Source: Sphyrna mokarran (Eukaryota). From it: a DNA stretch of 64,000 bases. The position numbers were made by a program, and so were the translations under genes. The DNA lies in contig JAGIQG010000020.1 of NCBI GenBank assembly GCA_024679065.1, positions 17,360,001-17,424,000 of the forward strand, written 5' to 3'. The notes beneath the pieces are model-generated. The model was not told where the DNA came from, did not search any database, and saw only the letters and a program-made list of their open reading frames with translations. Of the stretch, positions 1-12,098 are shown piece by piece; the first letter of the stretch is position 1, and each line of letters begins with the position of its first letter.

Positions 1-60
1 CCTCCCCTCCCCGCCGGCAGATACCCCGTCCATCCACCCCGCGCAGGCGCGCTACTGACA

Positions 61-84
61 GAGAGAGAGAGAGAGAGAGAGAGA
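61..84 (+). repeat. (GA)12 microsatellite in the promoter
   Basis: Perfect GA run read directly. Confidence 0.95.
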
Positions 85-466
85 ATGAGGGCGACTGCGC
101 GTCCGGCAGCCCGACGTCAGTCAGGTCACGCCCCTTCCCTTACGCCAGAGGGGAGGGGCGGAGCTAGGCGCGTCGCCCATGTGACGCGAGCGCAGCCAAT
201 CCTTGGCGGGGAAATGCCGCTCGCGCCCGCCCGCTCGCCCGCCTCGGCGCTGTCGCCATTACGCTGGCTGCCTGTGTCTGTCTATCTGTCTGTGTGTGTG
301 TGTTATGTATGTGTGTGAGTGAGGGAGGGAGGGGAGCCTTCAGCGGATAACTGGCGGCAGTAGCAGCAGCGACTGATTTCTCTTCTAACTTGAGAGGTGG
401 ACGACGGCGAAGAAGAAGGACAACAACATCAGACAAAAAAAATTATTTATACACAGATATATAAAA

Positions 467-508
467 ATGTGTGATCACCACCACAAGAAGCTGAGGGGAG
501 CCTCCTGA
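467..508 (+). other. candidate uORF MCDHHHKKLRGAS*
   Basis: ATG at 467 with A at -3, TGA at 506-508. Relevant only if the TSS is upstream of 467. Confidence 0.4.
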
Positions 509-660
509 GTTGAAGCGGCGGACGACACTCCTTCCATCGCTCTGGAGAGATTTTAGTGATCGTTTTTTTTTAAAAAAGATAGATATTTATTCGTTATTTC
601 TTCTCGTGGTGGTGGGCGGAGGATTTTTTTTGTGAGGGGAGTGTGTTGGTGGAGGAGTAG

Positions 661-687
661 CAGCAGCAGCAGCAGGAGGAGGAGGAG
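661..687 (+). repeat. (CAG)5(GAG)4 compound trinucleotide repeat in the putative 5'UTR
   Basis: Read directly. Confidence 0.85.
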
Positions 688-803
688 GGGGGTGGTTGTT
701 TCATCCCTCCCGCTTCTAGATTTTTTTTCCTCCTCTCTTTTTAATTTTTTTTGCAAAAAAAAAGCAAGACGGAATCTTTAATTCGACCTCCGGAGAGAAA
801 GTC

Positions 804-818
804 ATGCACGGAGCATGA
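804..818 (+). other. 4-codon uORF (MHGA*) whose stop overlaps the MED13L start codon
   Basis: ATG CAC GGA GCA TGA; the TGA (816-818) shares bases with the main ATG (815-817). Confidence 0.6.
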
Positions 819-883
819 CTGCAGCAAACTGGGTGGCCAACGGTGCTAGCTTGGAGGACTGCCATTCGAATTTATTCTCACTG
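815..883 (+). CDS. MED13L: Mediator complex subunit 13-like, coding exon 1 ([23 protein letters not shown])
   Basis: Matches the vertebrate MED13L N-terminus as recalled ([24 protein letters not shown], one Ala fewer here), distinct from MED13 ([22 protein letters not shown]). Ends at canonical donor CTG|GTGAGT, phase 0. Absent from the ORF track. Confidence 0.96.
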
Positions 884-2103
884 GTGAGTGTGTGTGAGAG
901 AGGGAGAGAGAAAGAGAGGGGCCTTAGGCTGTGTGGGAGCAGCCATTTTCTACTAATGGTTTAGCATAACCGTTTACATGGCCTTATTTTCCTGTCTGGA
1001 GTTTATTCCCTAGCTCCCCCCCTCTCCCCCGCCCCCCAACTATTTTTGATGTTTACGCCCCTCCTCCTCCTCTTATCTCCCCCCTCTCCCACAACCTTCC
1101 CCTCCCCTCTCCTAAAAAGCCTCCACTACGTATTGCATATTATTATTTTCCCTTCCCAGAGCTGGAAGCTTTTAATCCACCATCTTGAACTGGAAAGATG
1201 TCTGCATATTTCAAGCCGAATTAAAAGCGTGTCCTTTTTTTCCGCCCTTTCTTATAGGGTGGAGGAGTTTAAATATAAGCTCTATACGGCAACTGATACT
1301 GTTTTCCGTTTACATGAGACCTTTTTCTGACTATTTGGTCTCATTACTGCACCACCACCGTCTTTAGATTTTCCGGTGCGCGTCTTTTTTTAATACTGCC
1401 ATCTGTAGTAATAAATCATGTCCCTTGTCTGAAGTTTTAATGTTATGTACTTCTTCTGCATTGGGCTTGCAGCTTTGAAATTTGTTTCCTCCGCCCTAAT
1501 CTATTTCGATCCAGTGCATTGTTTAATCCACGGTTTTTCTTACAAACATGTTACCTTAATATACAAACCATTTCAAATGTTCACGGTGCATTCTAGTTGA
1601 CGCCTGCTTGCACGTAATTTACATTTCCTTATTGCGTGCTTTGTAGAAACGTATTCTTTGATGTTTATATTTTGTGGATTACATCTTCTAAAAATCGTTC
1701 GAGGTTGCTGCGTGTTTCATTCATATAAAAGTGCTCCCAACAGAAATCTTTAAAAATTTTTAAAATCTGGTTGTTGATGCATTTGACGTATTTTCCTGTT
1801 TTGGTTTTGTGTTTTTCAACTATATTTATATTCAGTTTTTAAATATCAATTCTTTGATCAATCGAAATATATCAAAGTAGTAATTGTCAGGAGTTGGTTG
1901 ACAATGCCAATAAATATATTTTTGTCCTCATTTATATACTATGTGATTACAATTGTAATCATATTTCCTATTAATATGACAATGTGACATTAAACATTTC
2001 TGCCAAACTTCAAAATATTGTCATTATAATAGGTTTAGGTTTAAATAAAAAATCTTCTAATTTCTTTCTTGGGACTATTTTTGACATGTTTCTTAACCAA
2101 CAG

Positions 2104-2341
2104 GCTGAACTAACTGGCATCAAATGGCGTAGGTACAGTTTCCAGGGTCTAGGGGGCTGTGGTCCCATCATCTCAGCACCAGCTCAGGATGATCCTATTC
2201 TGCAGACCTTTATTAGATGTCTACAGGCCAATCTGCTATGCGTATGGCGACGAGATGTGAGACCTGAAGCCAAGGAATTGTGGATTTACTGGTGGGGAGA
2301 GGAGCCGAATTTAGTTGATATAATTCATCATGAATTACGAG
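2104..2341 (+). CDS. MED13L: MED13L coding exon 2 ([11 protein letters not shown]...DDPIL...LLCVWRRDV...[14 protein letters not shown]...HHELR), Med13 N-terminal domain
   Basis: Inside ORF 1984-2403. Acceptor CAG|GCT (exon starts 2104), donor G|GTAAGT (intron starts 2342), 238 nt, in frame with exon 1. Protein closely matches recalled MED13L. Confidence 0.97.
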
Positions 2342-5300
2342 GTAAGTTTCATTTTTTTTATTCAATAAAAAGGCTGTACTGTTCGAGCAGTCTCCATGAT
2401 TGATTACTGCTTCTTTGGCATGCACTGCCTAAAATTTTGAATAGGCATGTGCAGTGGACCAAATGTTTAAGTGGATTTTCTTTTCCTTGCAAAGTCATTT
2501 CAAATGCTTATGATTATTTCCAGATTGTCATTAAAAAATGTTTTTATGACTTAATTCTAGATAGATTCCATTGTGCGCGCACATTATATATTTCTATCCC
2601 ACAGGATTTTCACCACAATTTATCAGAACCGCAGGGATTTTGAATAGAATAGCTGTTAACAATGAAATGTGAAATTGACTTTGTTGTGCTGTTTGTTAAC
2701 TGTCTTGTGTAGCTTTGTATAAAAATATTAAAGAATATAATGGAAATAGTTGTGGAAATTTGGTCCACTTACCTGCATAAACACGTATTGATTTCTAGTG
2801 CAAATATTCTGGGTGTTTGAAATTCGGATAGTGAAGCATTATTTTAGGAATGGCTGGTGGTTTACAGCATTTGATCTCTGGAAAGCTCCAGAGAGACATA
2901 CTGCAAGGTAATTTGACTCTGTCAGCAGGATGGTTGTATACTATTTACTGAGAAAATTCTTAGAATTCCTAGCTCTTAGCTCACATTCTCCTTCAGGTTT
3001 AAAATGTTAGAATTTGCTTCTCTCTTGCACATTAAATGATTTTGTAGCATTTGCAAGCCAGATGTAGCTGATGCTTCACTTAATTTCTGCGAAACAGTGA
3101 TTGCTTATTTGCATATTTTAAAATTTGCAGCAGATAGAATAGGAACTTGATCTGTTTTGTGGAGATTTTCTGGATAGTGAATTTAGCAACCTGGAAACAC
3201 ATTTCAGCTGTTGGGGAGCCCCCTTAACCAAAGATCAAAGAAGAAACTTGTGCAAGATGATGTGGTAGGCAGCAGCTGTGAATTTCTGTTGTGTAGCGGC
3301 ATGTCATGGCTGCGGTACTTAAATCTGTTGTTTCTACATTTGTGTGAAGAATAGTGGAAGTAATGCGAAATAACAATGTAATGTGATTGAATATCCTTAA
3401 ACGGTATAATGAGTCAATAAAACTTATGAAGAGGTTTTTACAGGATATTCAAATTTCTTGTCAACACTGGGGTGCTAGTTGTGGAAAAGTCTTTTAGTTG
3501 TGTGAAAAATCTTTTGAGGTTTAAAACTACACACTTTATAAACTGGAAATGGCTCTGGTGACTATTTTTAGTTTTATTTTGACCTTTGGATTCTGTTTTG
3601 AATCTTTGTGGACTTTGTACTTGTTCTCCATGTACAGTATGTTTATATAGGTGTTAGCCATGGTTCACATGCACAATAAAAATAGCTGTCATACATCTTT
3701 ATAAAATTGGTGTAATTTCCATTGGTGGTACTATCTATAATTAGTTTTTTGATATCTATACTGGAGTCTAGATAGGGGTCATCTAGCTTGTACATCAGTT
3801 GAATTGACAAGGGAATTCTGAAAAATTAATTTAAATTGATACATTGGTTTTAATTTTTTTATGTCTTGGCTACTTTGATATCAATTGTACAAATATGGCC
3901 ATAAACCTAATGAAAGTATTAAATGTTTTGAACGATTAAACTTACAGGAATGGTATTGGTTGTAGTATTTTGTCTTGGGATTTAAGCATTAGTATTAAAA
4001 TATTAAATATAAAAAATTAGTATTAGTAGTAAAATTGTTCTGGTAAGAGTTTAGTAAGAGGTGAGTGATACTGACATAAGCATTTGTACTAGAGGAGATA
4101 TCTTTGCTCTTTTCCTATTATAGCCGAGCTATTTAATTGATCCAGGGTTTTTTTAAAAAAAATGCATATCTTTTAATACTATTCTGTATCTTGTGTCATT
4201 TCTGTACTTTATCTGTATTAAGTATCTTTGATATTTGCAATGGTTTTGGGGGTGGAGATTTCTGAATGTATTTGAAGCTTACATGTCTAACCTTTGTAAC
4301 TGAGCAGTTATGACTTAATTTTGAGTGACAATACATTAATTTTTGATCCTTCAAACTCAATTTTATAACTGCGTAATATATCCTCTATCTTCGGCCCTGA
4401 AGTTCTTTTATAAAGATGTTTGATTAAATCTGACTTCATTGAAGTTTAGTGGAATGGATACAAATGTATACATGCAGTATTTTTTGGAGCAAGTTGCTGG
4501 GTGTCCTTCGCTCTGTTTGGTTATAATATGGTAGGCTAAAATAAGATTTTGTAAATTAAAATTTTGTAAAGTAAAATATTGGACTAAAAATTTTGAAAAG
4601 CTCTTAGTTTATGGTCTGAATATTTTTTGAAATATTATGTTTGCAGTTTGTAGGTCGTTTCTTATGATTGTGCATTCAAAAGCAATGAAATGAAAAAGTG
4701 TTTAATGTTTTCCTGAAGGCACAACACAGTAGTTAACTATATCCAGGTATACACAATAAAATTGCAATTCTGAAAGAATGTGATGGCTTGCTGTAATAAG
4801 GTGTTATGGAGCGCTTGTGTGTAGCTCTGATTTTTGGCTATTAGCATGAAAATCGCATTGGAGACATACAGAGATAATTGCAATATAGTATACAAAATTA
4901 CATCATTAATATGCCTGAATTCTGAACCCCTTTAGAGTTGCTTAGAGGAATTGAATTTAAATCTGGGCCATGGTGAAATGCTGTTGTAGCTGCTAACACT
5001 GTGGGTGGAGCTTTAAGCATGCAGAACTGGATGTGTATTGTTTGAATGTGCAGTCCTATTGTTTCATCTCCAATTACACCAAAAGCCATTTCAGGATCAC
5101 TTAAAACATGTCTGGACTTAAGAACAGCCACTAATATTAAAATCAATATGTTTTTATGTAAGTTAACTTATTTATAAGTAAACAGGCAAAATGTATTAAT
5201 GAGCCTTTTAATTTGAAATCTTATAAAAAGACAGCAAACAACTTAATGAGTGTGTTCAGTCTTTACATCCAGGATAATATATTTTTATACTAGCTTTTCA

Positions 5301-6689
5301 AGGGGCTTAGTGGGGTTTCTTTTCTGAAGGAAAGGAAACCCATTGCACAGTATCTGTATTTAGTTTAGAAAATCAGCCATAGTATTGCATGTGGCAAGTT
5401 AGGAAATTCTAACTGTGACTTCTCTCTGTTCTGTTGCATTCTTTCTCTCCCCAGTTTTCTTTTTGTTTCTCCTGGACACCATATCCCTTCTAACTTGTAC
5501 TTCTTTTCAACACCTTGTCTCCTAAACTTTGTCCTACCTATTCCCCTTCCTGTCAGCTCCTTTTAGCTCCTCCACTTTGAACCAGCTACCTAGCATCTGT
5601 TTTTTTCCCCCTTTGGTGCACTCCCACCGACCTCACCTTTTTAACACTCCATGCACTCTCCAATGGCAGGTGCAGATGTTGATCACTAATTACTGCCGTG
5701 TGGCCTAAAAATCTATATCCATTCATGCTTTTGAGTTTCACCTTAAACACTAAATAAGACACTGCTTTGATGCAGGTGAGAGTTTTTTCTGTGATGGAGC
5801 ATATAATTGTTGTTTATTTCCAGATTTCTCTTGCAGAATTGTCAGTTTTTAGTTGGTTAAAATACGCTTTGAATCTATTTTACAGAGATGTCATAATCTT
5901 TCAGTTCAATTATTTGGAGAACCTTTCTTCTCACCTGCTCCCCAAAAACACGTACCTAGCCCATATCAGTGCATATATCAATGTTGTTTTATTTCAAAAC
6001 TCAGTGAATATTGTGATTGTTCAGGCCAGCCTCTGTGTAACTTGACATGGCATGAAAAATAAACAATTCATCATATCACTTTCTGGGATGGTCTATGCTT
6101 TTTGTCAACACAAGGAAAAGTTTTCAGATGGTGTAGAAGTGATTGACCTTGGCATTTATTCAGATCTAAGCAAGTGTTTTGCCTTTTTTACCTCTACTTT
6201 TATTTGTTGTGGCTTGAGTGAGATCTAGGTGTTCCATTCTGCAATTGAAAGGGGGTCTAAGATTTTTCTGCCCATCTAAACAATGGGAATGGAATGCATG
6301 GCTTCTGTGATGGTGAAAAAGTTGCAAGAATGTTTTTGTATTGTGGCAGATCAATTACAGATGCCCTAATTAGTAGCTAGTCTTGGCATTTTTTATGTGA
6401 ATCTTCATAACAAATGTTCTGAATTATAGTACATCATGGATTAAAATTAGGGAATGCAGTAATCCATAATTTTGATCTAATATGTTTTTTCTTGACAAAA
6501 ATAGGTTTAAATAATTAGTCTTTGGTTTTTGGCATTTTTATTCCAGGATTTATGTGGTTATTCTGCTTTTTAGCCAGGATATTTAGAAACCTGTAATACT
6601 TTGGCAGGGGGAGGGGGCACCGACAGCATAATGCAGTAAAACAGTCAAATCAGAGACGTACAGCTGTATTAAGTCAAGGGAGTAAGGCA

Positions 6690-9372
6690 TGGCTGGTTGG
6701 CCTCCACTTTTAATGCCAAAAGTATTATAGATAAAATGGATGAGTTAAGGATGAAATTTGAGGTGGAATTGTGGTATCATCACAGAAATGTTTGAGAGAG
6801 GGGCAGGATTGGCAACTCAACATTTTGGGATATAGAATCTTCAGGCAAAATGGGAGGGAGGAAAAGAGGAGGAGGCATTGCAGTTTTAGTTAAGGAGTCA
6901 ATTACTGCAGTAAGGAGAGAGGGTATCTTGGAGGGAGAATTTGTGGGTAGAGCTTAGGAATTAAAAAAGGGCAACTACATTGCTAGTTTATTATAGATGC
7001 ACAGATAGTCGGTAGGAAATTGAGAAGCAAATATGTGCATAATTTGCGGTGTGAAAAAACAAACAATAGGCTAATTGTATTTCATTTCAATTTTCCCCAT
7101 GTTAATTAGGATAGATAGTGTTAAGGGCTTGGATGGAGTCAGCTTTCTGAAATGCATGCAGGAAAATGTTCTGTCAATATGCAGAAGATCCAGCAAAGGA
7201 TGGGATAGTGCTGGACCTAATTCTAGAGAATGAAGCTGGACAGGTGGTGATAGTAATCACAGCTTGGTCTTGTTAGCTTGTTATGACAAAGAAGTAAGTT
7301 GCAAAACAATGTTTTGGATTGGGGGGAAAAGTAGATTTTAGTAAATTAAGGCAGGACGTAGCTAAATCGGACTGGGGATAGCTACTTGCAGGGAAATCTA
7401 CAGAAGAGCAACGTCGGGGCAGGGGGTGGGCTTCAAAAAGGAAATGGGGAGAGCACAGACTCAACATATTCCTTTTTGGATGATAGGAAGGAGCAACAAG
7501 TCCAGAGTATCATGGATGATAAGAGACATATAGGACAGAAGGAGAAGGAAAAAGAGGCTTTTAGCAGACACTGGAGAGCAAATCAGCAGAGGCATTAGTG
7601 GAGTAAGAAAATGCAGGGTGCATCTTAAAAAGATAATTATGAGGGCAAAGAGGGGATATAAGAAAGCACTTGTAGGTAAAAATGGAGAAAATCTATAAAT
7701 ATATCAACAGGAAGAGGATAACCTGGGACAGAGTAGGGCCCATTAGGGATGAAAGAAGTAGTCTATGGATGGAACCAAAGGATATTGGTAGGATGATGTA
7801 CAAATACTTCATATCTGCCTTAACCAAAGGGGATGAAGGCGTGGAGTTCAGAGAGGGACTAAACAAATTGACATAGGGAGTGATAAGGTATTGAAGATGT
7901 TGGCAGGCTTAAAAGTAGACAAAGGATGAATTGCCTCCCACGCTACTGTGGGAGGCAAGAGAGGAGATTGCAGAGGCTGTGATGCAAATTTTTAATTCCT
8001 GTCTGACTCCTGATGGGGGAGGTGCCAAAAGACTGGAGAGCAGCGAATTTGGTTCCATTGTTTAAGCAGGATTGTAGAGATAAGTCAGGGAAGTATAGAT
8101 CTGTGAGTTTTACATCCAAGTGGTAGAGACAGTATTAAAGAAAATTCTGAAGCAGAGAAACTGTCTTCACTTGGGAAGGCAAGGTCTGATCAGAGATGTT
8201 CAGCATGGCTGTGTCAGAGGGAGATGAAGCCCAACAAATGATTGAATTTTTTGAAGTGGCCAGATGTATAGGTTAGGGTAGTGCAGTTGATATAGTCTAC
8301 ATGAATTTCAGGAGACTTGTAAAGGAGGCAAATGCATATATATGGGTTCCAAAGTAATTTGAGGATGGATTCAAAATTGGCTTCAACCGAGGCATGGATT
8401 GCAAAAGCAGAGAGATCTTGTTGTAGTTGAATTCAGCTTTGGTAAGGCCACAGCTAGAATACAGTGTGAAGTTCTGGTCACCACATTGTAGGAAGGATGC
8501 AATTACACTGGAAGGAGCACAGAGGAGATACACCAGGATGTTGCCAGGGGTAGAGCATTTAAGTTTTGAAGAGAAGTTGGATATATTTAAGTTGTTTTCG
8601 TTGGAACAGAGAAGACCGAGGGATGACCAGATTTAGGTTCATGAGCTTATGAGGTATATGGATAGGGTGGATAAGAGCAACTGTTCCCCTTAGTTGAAGG
8701 GTCAGTCACGAGAAGGTACGTGTTCAAGGTGAGAGGCAGGAGGTTTAGGGGAGATGTGAGGATATGCTTTTGTACTCAGAGGGTGGTGATGGTTTGGAAT
8801 GCGCTGCCTGGAAGGATGGTGGAGGCAGGTTGCCCCTCATAGAAACATAGAACAGTACAGGCCCCGTAGCCCTCAATGTTGTGCCGAGCTATGTCCAAAC
8901 CCAAGATCAAGCTATCCCTCTCCCTATCATTCTGGTGTGCTTCATGTGCCTACCCAATAACCACTTGAAAGTTTCTGAGGTGTCCAACTCCACTATCACA
9001 GCAGGCAGTGCATTCCACACCCTAACCACTCCAAATAAAGAATCTACCTCAGACATCCCTCATGTATCTCCCACTGTGAACCTTGAATTATGCCTCCTAG
9101 TAACAGCTATGTCCACTGGAGGAAATAGTCTCTGCACATCCACTCTATCTATCCCTCTCATCATCTTATAAACCTCTATTAAGTTGCCTGTCATTCCCCC
9201 TCCAGTCTAAAGAGAAAAGCCCTCATCCTTTAAAAAGTACCTGGATGAGCACTTGACATATCGTAGCATTTAAGACTACGGGCCAAGTCCTGCTAAATGG
9301 AATTAGGTAGGTAGTTCCCAGGACAGACTTGATAGGCCATAAGGCCTCTTCTGCATTATGATTCTGTGACTG
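6690..9372 (+). mobile_element. decayed CR1 LINE (APE endonuclease, RT, 3'UTR)
   Basis: KIYKYINRKRITWDRVGPIRD; LVRPQLEYSVKFWSPHCRKDAITLEGAQRRYTRMLPG; CR1-type tail ending TATGATTCTGTGA. Many stops and frameshifts. Confidence 0.9.
8841..9219 (-). mobile_element. 5'-truncated CR1 3' end inserted antisense into the older CR1
   Basis: Begins with the reverse of a TTCTATG-type tail (AGAAACATAGAAC). Flanked by direct repeat CCCTCAT (8834-8840, 9220-9226); host LINE resumes afterwards. Confidence 0.8.
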
Positions 9373-9434
9373 CATTCTTTATCTTTTGCAGATATCATTA
9401 TCCTTTTTTGTAAATGGCACTCTTAAATATATTT

Positions 9435-9720
9435 GGTGGCACAGTGATTGGCACTACTGTCTCTCAGCGCCAGGAATCCTGGTTCGATTCCCGACTTGGG
9501 TCACTGTTATGTGGAGTTTGCACGTTCTCCCCACAACTGCGTGAGTTTCCTCCCATAGTTCAAAGATGTGCTGATTAGGTTAGTTGGCCATGCCCCTTAC
9601 TGTCAGGAGGGTTAGCAGGGTAAATAATGAGGTAGGGATTGGGTAGGGTTGTGATTGGTATAGATTCGATGGGCTGAATGGCAGTTTCCTGCACTTGTAG
9701 GGCTTCTATGGGATTCAATG
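9435..9720 (+). mobile_element. tRNA-derived HE1/V-SINE-type SINE
   Basis: A box (TGGCACAGTG), B box (GGTTCGATTCC), V-domain-like GTGGAGTTTGCACGTTCTCCCC, CR1-like tail. Several homologous copies in the window. Confidence 0.88.
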
Positions 9721-12098
9721 TTTTAAAATCTGTACTGGATCTGAAGTTTTGTATGCATTCTTAACGTGCAGGAAATTGTTCTAGAACTGTTTGAAGACTT
9801 GTGTTTACAAAGTGAGAGCAATATTTTTGAATAATTAACTTGGTGTGATTTGGCACAATGATTCAAACTCTTACATAGGCATTGCACATATCTTTGTTTC
9901 TATTTACAGCAAAATAGCTATTAACACAATTTCAGCTTTGTCAATTAAACATTAAAATTCCAAAGATTGTTTAAATCATTTGGAAAATGTGTAAAATGTT
10001 TTGAATGTTGAAGAAAATTTAATTTTATATTTGGCTTGTTAATAAAACTTCTGGGTAGTTTCTATATTATAATTATGGTAACTAACTGACATTTTGCTTT
10101 TTTGTAAAAAGAATATTTATAAAGAAAAGAACAGCTCAGTGAATCTTGTTTGTATTAAGTTTGATAGCAGAATAATGCCCAGGGCGTTTGGATTCAATGG
10201 CTACTGTTTTTAATGAAAATAGTATTTGAGAACTTTATTCAGCGCAAAATTCATAAGATTTTTTGATTTCATGTCTTTTTATTCCCCCCACCATCTTGCC
10301 TCTGTCCCTCTTCTATTTTCATATACTTGTTTCCTGACTGAGCATTTTTGCTGGATTTGTTAGTAGTGACATCTTTGGACTGGAGTTTGACATGTCTTCA
10401 GGCTAAATTTTAGACATCTCAAATTTGTTTTATGTTTATATAATGTGAAACTATTGGTGCTGATTGTCAGTAACTAGTTGGATTTTCAAAAGAGGTAGGG
10501 AAGGGTTACGGAGTGAGGGAAAGTGAGTGGAATCGGGCTGTTTATTTTAGAGATTATACAGATATTGATATGTTAGCAGATTAAAACTGTTGTGTTTCTG
10601 TCAGCATTTTGTGGTGGCGTTAGTACTTTTCGCATGACCTCATGAATCAAGGATTTAATCTGTGCTGTCAGCAGTCACTTGTGAAAATATTCTTTATATA
10701 TAGTGTATATTTCATGAATATGAAATATATTTGTAATCTGTTCACTGGGTTCAGATGCTCATTACCTACAAAACCTTTTTCCGTGTTTATGAATGCCTCT
10801 TCAATGATTACTTGAAACTCACACAGATTCTTTTGCTCGTCTATTTCAAAATGTAATTAGTATGCATCGCGTTATCTTCTATAAACTGAATTTTTGTATC
10901 AACTCTTCTTACCACAGTTATGATTTATTAATTTTTGTGTTGTAGATTCAGGCTGCACAGAATAGATAAAACTGCAAGATTTTCTAACTTTTAAGTGATT
11001 TTTTTGCATTTTATTGTTTATTATGTATTTGTTCACTTTAATGAAGAATAAATTGATTTCTCAAAGATTCTTCACAGATTTCTATAAATTGGCTGCAATA
11101 AGTTGTTTCCTAGTTTGTGATTCCAACAAGCAGTGCAAAGATCAAATCTTAGATCCAATGGCCTGGAGTTTTGGTTGGTTAAAGGAGCTCAAAAGATTAC
11201 ATTTCAGGCACACATTGAGTTTGAGATTTTTTTTCTCTGACATTGCTGAAAGTTGGCATTGCCTCCCAAAACAGGTCATACTCCAATCCAAGTTAATTAG
11301 CATGAGAAGTTTCCATTAATAGCACCTGTTTGCTGGCCTTCAAAGAGGCTCTCAAAATGAGCATATTTGCTACTTGGGTGAAGATACACTTAAAAGCTTT
11401 TAAATATTTTGGTTTAAAAAGTGATTGCTTACTGTACACTATTGTAACAAGTGAATGATTTTGTACTTTTTTAAAAGACAATTCAGTTACTTAAAATCTG
11501 CCTACTCACAGGAGGTGGATAAGACACTGATTAAAATTGCATGTTTATAATAAACTCTCTTTCAGCTGTATCAATAAAGCTGCACTAGGTTGTTGCTCTT
11601 AAATATTTCAGAGAATATTTTTAAGCTGGAATTTAAAAAGCTATAATGCTGTGAGATGGCATTAGTTCACAGATTATGTGCTTAGCAATTTATAAATATG
11701 TTTGAGTCGAAACTGGAGCAAAAAATATCACTTGTGAAAACTAGCTCTGTTTGCAACTGACTGCACCCAAATTGGAACGTAAACATGTAGCTGTTTGTCG
11801 CTTGGTGGCATAATGTTAAATCAATGATTTAGACTTTTTGATAAGCAAGTTTCAAAAAGTACATGTTGATTCCTGTTTTACTATATTTGTTTGTGTGCCT
11901 GTTTGAATCTGTATCATTGTGTCTATCTTTCTGTCATACTGTATGCATCTCTCTCAATATTACTGTTATGTATCATTCCCTAAATTCAGTGTCTCTGCTG
12001 AATGCCTTGCTCTGTCCCTTCTCATATTTGCAACTTCGGAGTGACTTCACGTGCAGAAAACCCATGTGCTGCGGTTGCCTCTGGTCCACTCTAAATGA

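Larger units (their letters stand above)
1..560 (+). promoter_or_regulatory. CpG-rich, apparently TATA-less promoter / 5' region of MED13L
   Basis: GC- and CpG-dense against an AT-rich window. Motifs: NRF1-like GCGCAGGCGC (41-50), CRE-like CGACGTCA (112-119), GC box GGGGCGG (155-161), E-box CATGTGAC (178-185), CCAAT (196-200), E2F-like TTGGCGGGGAAA (203-214), YY1-like CGCCATT (254-260). Lies directly upstream of the MED13L ATG; the TSS cannot be fixed from sequence. Confidence 0.8.

Noticed and set aside
85-756. ORFs at 85-318, 164-436 and 553-756
   Set aside because: Products of GC-rich and simple-repeat promoter/UTR sequence (poly-Leu from CAG/GAG repeats); no protein signature.
1749-1764. 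Short AT-rich palindromes (also ~10706-10729 and 52914-52940)
   Set aside because: Low complexity or short arms; expected in AT-rich DNA.
2088-2103. TTTCTTAAC near the exon 2 acceptor as a U12 branch site
   Set aside because: The intron 1 donor is a U2-type GTGAGT, and the motif is imperfect and too close to the AG.
815-2341. Assignment to the paralogue MED13
   Set aside because: [29 protein letters not shown] and [14 protein letters not shown] fit MED13L as recalled, not MED13.
1984-2403. 139-aa ORF as a stand-alone gene
   Set aside because: Only 2104-2341 is MED13L-like and bounded by splice sites; the rest is intronic read-through.
5405-5660. Long pyrimidine-rich tract as a cryptic acceptor or triplex element
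   Set aside because: No convincing exon follows and no mirror symmetry is evident; probably low-complexity or decayed repeat.
9435-9510. tRNA genes at SINE heads (also 38254 and 58015)
   Set aside because: A/B boxes continue into SINE bodies; no complete cloverleaf.
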